NCBI GenBank assembly: GCA_043732485.1
Contig: JAYTHP010000175.1
Coordinates: 63 to 64,062, forward strand
Length of the DNA stretch: 64,000 bases
Origin: Oligoflexia bacterium
GTDB lineage: Bacteria > Bdellovibrionota > UBA1018
Direction: 5' to 3'
Of the stretch, positions 58,312-64,000 are shown piece after piece. How positions within the stretch are numbered: position 1 is the stretch's first letter; each line of letters opens with the position of its first letter. A model generated the notes under the pieces. The model saw nothing but the letters and a program-made list of their open reading frames with translations. It did no database searches and was not told the origin of the DNA. Made by a program: the position numbers and the translations under genes.

Positions 58312-59181
58312 ATGTCAATTTGGATTAACCAAGAAACCAGAGTCATTGTTCAGGGATTAACCGGTTCTCAAGGGACGTTTCATGCCAAGAGCTGCAGCGC
58401 TTACGGCACGCAGGTGGTCGGTGGCGTCACCCCGGGGCGAGGCGGACAGGTTCATGAGGGGTTCCCGATCTTTAATAGCGTGGAAGAGGCGGTGAAAAAG
58501 ACCCAGGCCAATGCGAGCTTGATTTTTGTGCCACCTCCGGCTGCGGCGGATGCCATTTGTGAGGCTGCCGATGCGAAGGTGCCCCTGATTGTCTGTATCA
58601 CGGAAGGGATTCCGGTTTTAGACATGATGAAGGTCAAGCGCGCGCTGGCCAGTACCCACTCAAGGCTACTGGGCCCCAACTGCCCAGGGATCATCGCCCC
58701 TGGACTGTGCAAAATTGGCATCATGCCGGGACACATCCACAAGAAGGGCAACATTGGGGTCGTATCCCGCTCTGGCACCCTGACTTATGAGGCGGTGTTT
58801 CAGTTAACCCAGCTCGGGCAGGGACAAAGCACTTGCGTGGGGATTGGGGGCGACCCGATCAATGGCACCTCTTTTATTGATGTCTTAGAAGCCTTCCAAA
58901 AAGATCCGGAAACCGAGGCGGTGATCCTGATTGGTGAGATCGGTGGCACGGCGGAAGAAGAAGCCGCTGATTACATTCGCCGCGAGTTCAAAAAGCCTGT
59001 GGTAGGATTCATCGGAGGCGCCACCGCTCCGGCTGGCAAGCGTATGGGCCATGCAGGCGCCATCATTTCAGGCGGCAAAGGTACGGCTGAGGAAAAATTC
59101 CAGGCTTTGGAAGCGGTTGGGGTGAAGATTGCTCGCAGCCCTGCCGACCTGGCCTCGACTTTACTGAAAATGCGCGCTTAA
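58312..59181 (+). CDS. sucD: Succinate--CoA ligase subunit alpha
   Basis: [34 protein letters not shown] and the catalytic-His block [11 protein letters not shown] are present. Confidence 0.95.
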   Translation: MSIWINQETRVIVQGLTGSQGTFHAKSCSAYGTQVVGGVTPGRGGQVHEGFPIFNSVEEAVKKTQANASLIFVPPPAAADAICEAADAKVPLIVCITEGIPVLDMMKVKRALASTHSRLLGPNCPGIIAPGLCKIGIMPGHIHKKGNIGVVSRSGTLTYEAVFQLTQLGQGQSTCVGIGGDPINGTSFIDVLEAFQKDPETEAVILIGEIGGTAEEEAADYIRREFKKPVVGFIGGATAPAGKRMGHAGAIISGGKGTAEEKFQALEAVGVKIARSPADLASTLLKMRA

Positions 59182-59361
59182 AAATGCTGCTCGCTAATTC
59201 CTGTAATCTCGGTTAAAAATAGAAGCTCCCCCATCGGAAGACAAACAGTCTCAACTTCAGATCAAGTCTTGCTTGACGACTGAACTCCAGACCAAGATCC
59301 GCTTAGGGAAAACCTTTTCAACTTAAACCCCCCCCCCATCCCCCCAAAGGAGGATTTCTTC

Positions 59362-59790
59362 ATGGCCATCGAGCGAACTTTTTCTATTATTAAGCCTAAC
59401 GTTGTTGCAAACAACCTCATCGGACAAGTGATCAGCCGCTTTGAGCAACGCGGCCTCAGGATTAGTGCCGCGCAGCTAACGCACTTGGCGCGAGAGAAGG
59501 CCGAGGGCTTTTACATTGAGCATAAGGATCGCCCTTTTTTTCAAGCGTTGATCCATTTCATCACGAGCGGACCTGTGTTGCTAATGTGCCTGGAAGGGGA
59601 AAACGCCGTAGCGTTGAATCGTGAGATCATGGGGGCCACCGATCCCGCCAAGGCTGCGGAAGGAACGATTCGTAAAGACTTCTCAGAAAGCATCGACGCC
59701 AATGCCGTGCATGGCTCCGATAGCTTGCAGTCGGCTGAGCGCGAGTTGGCCTATTTTTTCGAAAAAACTGACTTAATCAAACGCTTCTAA
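59362..59790 (+). CDS. ndk: Nucleoside diphosphate kinase
   Basis: [13 protein letters not shown]...[14 protein letters not shown] lies upstream of the ATG. Confidence 0.95.
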   Translation: MAIERTFSIIKPNVVANNLIGQVISRFEQRGLRISAAQLTHLAREKAEGFYIEHKDRPFFQALIHFITSGPVLLMCLEGENAVALNREIMGATDPAKAAEGTIRKDFSESIDANAVHGSDSLQSAERELAYFFEKTDLIKRF

Positions 59791-59817
59791 GTTTGGGCTT
59801 GAAAGCACACCCCGGAA

Positions 59818-59851
59818 GGTGCGCGCGCACCTTCCGGGGTGACTTCAGTGC
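59818..59851. terminator. 34-nt perfect palindrome downstream of ndk (strong hairpin, no U-tract)
   Basis: CACCCCGGAAGGTGCGC/GCGCACCTTCCGGGGTG equals its own reverse complement. It lies 28 nt after the ndk stop. Confidence 0.5.
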
Positions 59852-60377
59852 ACGCAAAACAAAAAGAACTATTGAAGCCAATGAAGGCCAGATCAGGCGC
59901 GACAAGGCAAGCCGAGTTGAGTCTTGCCATGGACTCACGCTAGTAAGAGTTACGAGAGTCTCCTTCGCGGGTCACCACGAAGATCACTTTGTCCCGCAAA
60001 GCCCAGTCCAACTGAAGGGAAAAGCCAAAAAACCGCGTCACTGCTCTTCTTTATACTTCTCGGGTTCACTTCTTTTTTTTGCTCTCCTCATGCCATTCTC
60101 TTCCTCACCGTGTCTCCCTCCTTAAGTCCCGCCTCTCCTGAGGTGCGCTTTTTCCACTTATTCTCAAGCTTCCCCAGGACAACAGTCACCACTGACCTAG
60201 AGCGCTGGTGACGCACAGCTCAGACGCAGGCTGTCTTCGCGCCTCAGCTGTGGTGCTCGCTTGAGAGACTGGCGCTCAACTTTTTTGATTTTCTGCCGAT
60301 AAGACTCTATACTTTAAAAGTCTGCTGGTGTTAGTGTTTAACCAGTGGTCTTTTGTATCAAAAAAAAGGAATAAAAG

Positions 60378-60824
60378 ATGAAATCCCTGGGCTTAGATCT
60401 TAAAAAATTAGTAAAGCAAGTGCGCGATCTCCAAGAACAGATGCAAGACTTGATTCAAAGCCAGGATTGGATTGAGGAAGCCAAGAAATACGCCCACGGC
60501 AAAAGCAAAAAAGCGCAAAAACGCTTTGGCTCCGACTTTGAAAAGCTCAAGGTTTTCTTGGAAAGCGAACGTAAGGAGCTTGAGCGCCTTCAGAAAAAAA
60601 TTCCTACTGAAGTAAAGAAGATCAAAGCCTTCGTCGAAAGTCAAAAGCAGGAATTCGAAAAAGTCTTAGGCCTTTTTCGCGCCTCAGTCGGCACGCAGGC
60701 AAAAAAAGAATCCGCACCAAAAAAAAAAGTGAAAGCTAGGCTACTCCCTGACAAGCGCCTCAAGAAGGCAGCAACGTCTCCTAAAAAGAAGAAGTCACCT
60801 AAGGCTAAAAAAAGCTCCCGCTAA
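60378..60824 (+). CDS. Lys-rich coiled-coil protein with histone-H1-like SPKK tail
   Basis: 148 aa with AAGGAA upstream of the ATG. The body is helical with heptad character, and the C-terminus is KKAATSPKKKKSPKAKKSSR. Confidence 0.6.
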   Translation: MKSLGLDLKKLVKQVRDLQEQMQDLIQSQDWIEEAKKYAHGKSKKAQKRFGSDFEKLKVFLESERKELERLQKKIPTEVKKIKAFVESQKQEFEKVLGLFRASVGTQAKKESAPKKKVKARLLPDKRLKKAATSPKKKKSPKAKKSSR

Positions 60825-60954
60825 GCCCCCCCACTCCCGCCAGTGATTTTTCCAAAAAAGAGCGCACCTGGCTGCGTGCACGGAAACGCAAGCCAGCAAG
60901 AGCACCCCCTTTTAGGCCACCTAGGCCTGGCTGCGTGGTGACCCCGATCTCGCC

Positions 60955-60983
60955 TTGACAAAGGGGCTGGTTTTGATTACTCT
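60955..60983 (+). promoter_or_regulatory. Candidate sigma70-type promoter upstream of infC
   Basis: TTGACA (60955-60960), a 17-nt spacer, then TACTCT (60978-60983). This is a sequence match only. Confidence 0.3.
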
Positions 60984-61021
60984 AGAGCAATCAAAGGAGT
61001 TTTTAAGAATTAAAGTAAATA

Positions 61022-61705
61022 ATGGCATTTATACCTTCTAGTCCCCAGAATCCCTCAGGTCCTCCCAGTCCCTTCCTTCCCCGTCCTCGCCCCTCCAGAG
61101 GACCCCTTCCCAATCAAAACAAAGATGAACATCGCCTGAATGAACGCATCAGGGTGCCGCAAGTCAGGCTGATTGACGAAAAAGGCAACCAGGTGGGGGT
61201 GATTTCGACGTTTGAGGCCTTACAAATGGCGCGCGACCGTGGGCTTGACCTGATGGAAGTCTCCCCGACTGCCCAACCTCCGGTTTGTAAGATCTGCGAT
61301 TACGGGAAGTTCAAGTACGAGAAAAAGAAAAAAGAACAGACGGCTAAGAAAAAGCAGACCGTGATTAAGGTCAAAGAAATTCAATTGCGCCCGCAAACCG
61401 ATGTGCACGATCTGGATTATAAGTTTAAGAACGTCAAAAACTTCTTGGAAGAAGGCGATAAAGTCAAAATCACCATCATGTTTCGTGGGCGAGAAATTGC
61501 CTACGTCGATCAGGGTTTCAAAATGATGAAACAGCTGGCCGAGCTGGTGAAAGACGTCGCCATCATTGAGGCGCCCCCGAAAGTGGAAGGCAAGAAGCTG
61601 ATCATGATTGTGGCTCCGGCGGGTAAGAAAAATGCCCCTATCAAACCCACACTCAAGGTGAAAATTCCGCCTGCGACCCCGCAATCTGCGCCGCCCTCAG
61701 CTTAA
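61022..61705 (+). CDS. infC: Translation initiation factor IF-3 with Pro-rich N- and C-terminal extensions
   Basis: The core is INERIRVPQVRLIDEKGNQVGVISTFEALQMARDRGLDLMEVSP...IQLRPQTDVHDLDYK...ITIMFRGREI. The gene is not linked to rpmI-rplT. Confidence 0.9.
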   Translation: MAFIPSSPQNPSGPPSPFLPRPRPSRGPLPNQNKDEHRLNERIRVPQVRLIDEKGNQVGVISTFEALQMARDRGLDLMEVSPTAQPPVCKICDYGKFKYEKKKKEQTAKKKQTVIKVKEIQLRPQTDVHDLDYKFKNVKNFLEEGDKVKITIMFRGREIAYVDQGFKMMKQLAELVKDVAIIEAPPKVEGKKLIMIVAPAGKKNAPIKPTLKVKIPPATPQSAPPSA

Positions 61706-62484
61706 GCGCTTGCCCTCCTGCCCAGGGTTTTTCCCGGCAATTCGGTCACTTTTGTCAGCCTCGCCCACCTGGTTTGCTAAGGACGTACTTCGCGTGCGCT
61801 TGCCCTTTCAGGCAAGTGCGGGTGTGTCATGGCTTGTAACGATTGTCGCTCTTACCGACTTTCAAGTCGTGCCCCAAAGCTTGCCAGAAAGAAATGAATG
61901 CTGACCCGCGTGCAAAAGCAATTTATGGACCGTGGCTTGGGATTTGCCGTCAAACTGCTCGACTTGCCGGTGGTGAGACGGTGGTGATAGCCTTGTCGCG
62001 CAAGAAGTCCAGCTTGCCCGGAAGTGGTTGATCCGCCCGCATGTTGACTGCACGCGTGAAGGGTTTGCTATCCTCTGTGGGGTCAGCTCTCCTACTGTTT
62101 TACAATGGGAGCAGACCCATTACGGCTTCGCAGACAGCGACTGCAAAAGAGATCAGGCTCTTGATGACGCCCAGCGCAACCCGAATCCTGACTAATTTTT
62201 AAATAATTACTAGGAGTTATCTAAGATTCCTCAGCAAAAAATGGCCCCACTGCGCTTTGGTCTGGCAACGCTTGAAGTCGCCTTAAGCTATCGCTTTTTT
62301 TGAAAACGAAACGTGACAGGCAGCAGAAGACATCTTAACCGCACGCACACCCAGACACAGGGGAGGCTACCCCTAGGGAGACCGCTCGTGTCAGCCCCCC
62401 CTGCTCGTGGAGTAAACGATTTTGCCACGTACCCTCCCTTTGCCTCGCGCGCTGCGCTCGTGACAGCACCAGCCCCACAGCAGA

Positions 62485-62781
62485 TCACTCCGCGCGTTTT
62501 CTCATGTGCTTTTGCAAAATCGCATGCATTAGGCTCTGATAAGGTTTTCTCACCTGCTTCGCTTCAACTTTTAACGCATCAAGCTGAAGAGAAACCCGCT
62601 TCCGAGTCGCCTGCACCAACAGAGGTTGACCTGGCCCTGTGCACTTCATTTGCCGGAGCTGTTCATCTGAGAATTCAGGTACATCGCTCAAATCAAGCTC
62701 GGAGTCATCAGGCTGGACAGTGGATTTAATTTTTTTTAGTAGACGCTTTTTTTCGTCCTCAAGTATTATATTTACCACCAT
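62485..62781 (-). CDS. BrnA-family (CopG-like) antitoxin
   Basis: 98 aa. DLSDVPEFSDEQLRQMK...TRKRVSLQLDALKVEAKQVRKPYQSLMHAILQKHM fits the BrnA_antitoxin pattern (P.f..e.l........k..vslrld.dvl...k....yQt.in..L). Confidence 0.6.
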   Translation of the reverse strand: MVVNIILEDEKKRLLKKIKSTVQPDDSELDLSDVPEFSDEQLRQMKCTGPGQPLLVQATRKRVSLQLDALKVEAKQVRKPYQSLMHAILQKHMRKRAE

Positions 62782-62963
62782 TTAAAGCTCCCTTGCGTGG
62801 TGGCTTGTCGGACGGAAGGTTGAGATCATTTTTTTTAATGACTTCCCCCCCCCTTGCACTTTCTCTTTTTGAGTGTCAAAGCCTTGCCATGCCTCGACAA
62901 GCTCAAGGAGCTATTTTATTATTTTAATAATATAATATTTTTTAAAACAAAAAAAGCAGCAGC

Positions 62964-63693
62964 ATGGCTAAGAGAAATTTTATTTTAATTTATTTATTTT
63001 TAACTCAAAACGCCTTCGCTGAAAACTCTGACACCTTGAACTCATTTAAGCCCGGGCATGTTTAAGTGACCCCCATCGATGCTCACAAGGCAGCCCCAAC
63101 CCACCGCACAGGCTCACTCTGTGACTACCACCGTCAGCCGCGCTCCTGAAATACCTGCTGCTGCTGCTGCTGCTAAAAAAGTTAACTTCAGGGAGGCCAC
63201 GATCAGTCAAAATCTCTCTCCTAAGACTAGCGCACAACATCTAGAAAAAGCCGGAAACCACAAATTTTTTTGAGGCTTCCATGAAGCCACCCAACACTCC
63301 TTCGTCGTCCCGGTGGGATCATCTCTCAACAGCGGAGACCCAGAACACCTCATGGAAACCATGAAGCTTCACGAGCAGGCATCCACAGAGCATACCGAGG
63401 CCGCGGCAGCCCATCGTGGAACTGCAACGTTTCAGGAGCAGCTGCTTGAAAAACGTAAGACGGCTTCCCCAGTTACTCCTGAGGAAGATTTACAATAGCA
63501 GGCACATCACGCCAAGTCGCAGCAATTATCAGCGGCAGCAGGCGCTGTGACTGAAAAAGCCGAAAATGCCGGCCTTCAATTTGAGGCGCAGGTTGATAAA
63601 AATCAACCTACCTGGAGACCTGATCATCAGGCGCGTCTCGATACCATCAAAGAGGCTAAGAGGGGCGCCAGCAAGGCCCATGTGCAACCGTAA
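62964..63693 (+). pseudogene. Secreted-protein gene remnant (Sec signal peptide followed by a frameshift and in-frame TGA/TAG)
   Basis: The ATG at 62964 gives MAKRNFILIYLFLTQNAFA-ENSDTL (AxA cleavage site) and stops at 63063. The sense appears to continue in the next frame through ORFs 63079..63273 and 63313..63498 and on to the TAA at 63691. All three pieces share one frame and are separated by a TGA and a TAG. Confidence 0.3.
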
Positions 63694-64000
63694 CGCAACC
63701 GACATGAGACTGACAAAAAACAGTAGAGACCCAGGCGTACTTGCCTCCTCTTTGCTGCAGCGTGAGGCGAGAGGGTCTTGACCAAAACCTAGTCACCTGT
63801 CGCGAAGATCATCGATCATAATCTCCCCGCAACGACTCAAGCTCACACCAAGGGCACTAAACGAGACCGCCAGCTGCTTTAAGATTTGGGCTCTAGCTAA
63901 TCCCCCCTTTAAAAGCTTGAAGGCGAGGAAGGGTTTTTGCCCTTATGTTAGCTGCTCCTAGCTCAACAGACGTCATTGAGTCCTTCAACGGAATCTGGAA

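Noticed and set aside
31083-63693. In-frame TGA/TAG codons as evidence of recoding (selenocysteine, pyrrolysine or an alternative genetic code)
   Set aside because: TAA, TAG and TGA all terminate well-conserved housekeeping genes here at the expected positions. Examples are TAA for typA and pntB, TAG for the CpaF-like ATPase, and TGA for icd and the first RND gene. The in-frame stops co-occur with frameshifts in the same loci, which fits pseudogenisation.
63782-64000. Short minus-strand open frame entering from the right edge (…FQIPLKDSMTSVELGAANIRAKTLPRLQAFKGGIS-stop near 63899)
   Set aside because: Only about 34 codons are visible, with no recognisable motif. This is too little sequence to support a call.

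Overview
The window is bacterial chromosomal DNA with GC in the mid-50s % by eye. No rRNA, tRNA, CRISPR array, transposase or integrase was recognised. All calls rest on reading the ORF translations and the raw sequence, because no homology search could be run.

The housekeeping backbone is dense. It includes cspA, typA, pntAA-pntAB-pntB, a PIN-PhoH2 ATPase, a class-I aminotransferase, coaD, rsmD and htrA. It also carries ihfA-pheT-pheS-rplT-rpmI, icd, mdh-sucC-sucD-ndk and infC. The gene order looks proteobacterial or deltaproteobacterial.

Several accessory stretches interrupt this backbone:
- 6.1-14.9 kb: an orphan CpaF-like ATPase tightly followed by a membrane cupredoxin-like protein, then a run of outer-membrane beta-barrels and a Cys-rich lipoprotein.
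- 18.3-31.4 kb: a lineage-specific island. It holds a 944-aa orphan protein with degenerate N6-methyltransferase-like landmarks and three tandem paralogous lipoproteins sharing an unassigned four-Cys domain. It also holds a V4R/ATC-hydrolase-like protein, a ChaN/Tiki-like protein and a decayed eukaryote-like F-box + RNI-type LRR gene.
- 43-47.4 kb: BrnT/BrnA remnants and a shattered giant adhesin gene made of Ig-like and GloVer repeats.
- 47.6-55.4 kb: a TolC plus tandem RND operon with no adaptor gene.
- 62.4-63.7 kb: an intact BrnA-like antitoxin beside an eroded toxin, and a stop-riddled secreted-protein gene.

Two themes recur. Gene decay is confined to accessory genes. Poly-C/G tracts of 9-10 nt sit in 5' regions.

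The lipoprotein triplet and its surrounding island are the best candidate for an undescribed system.
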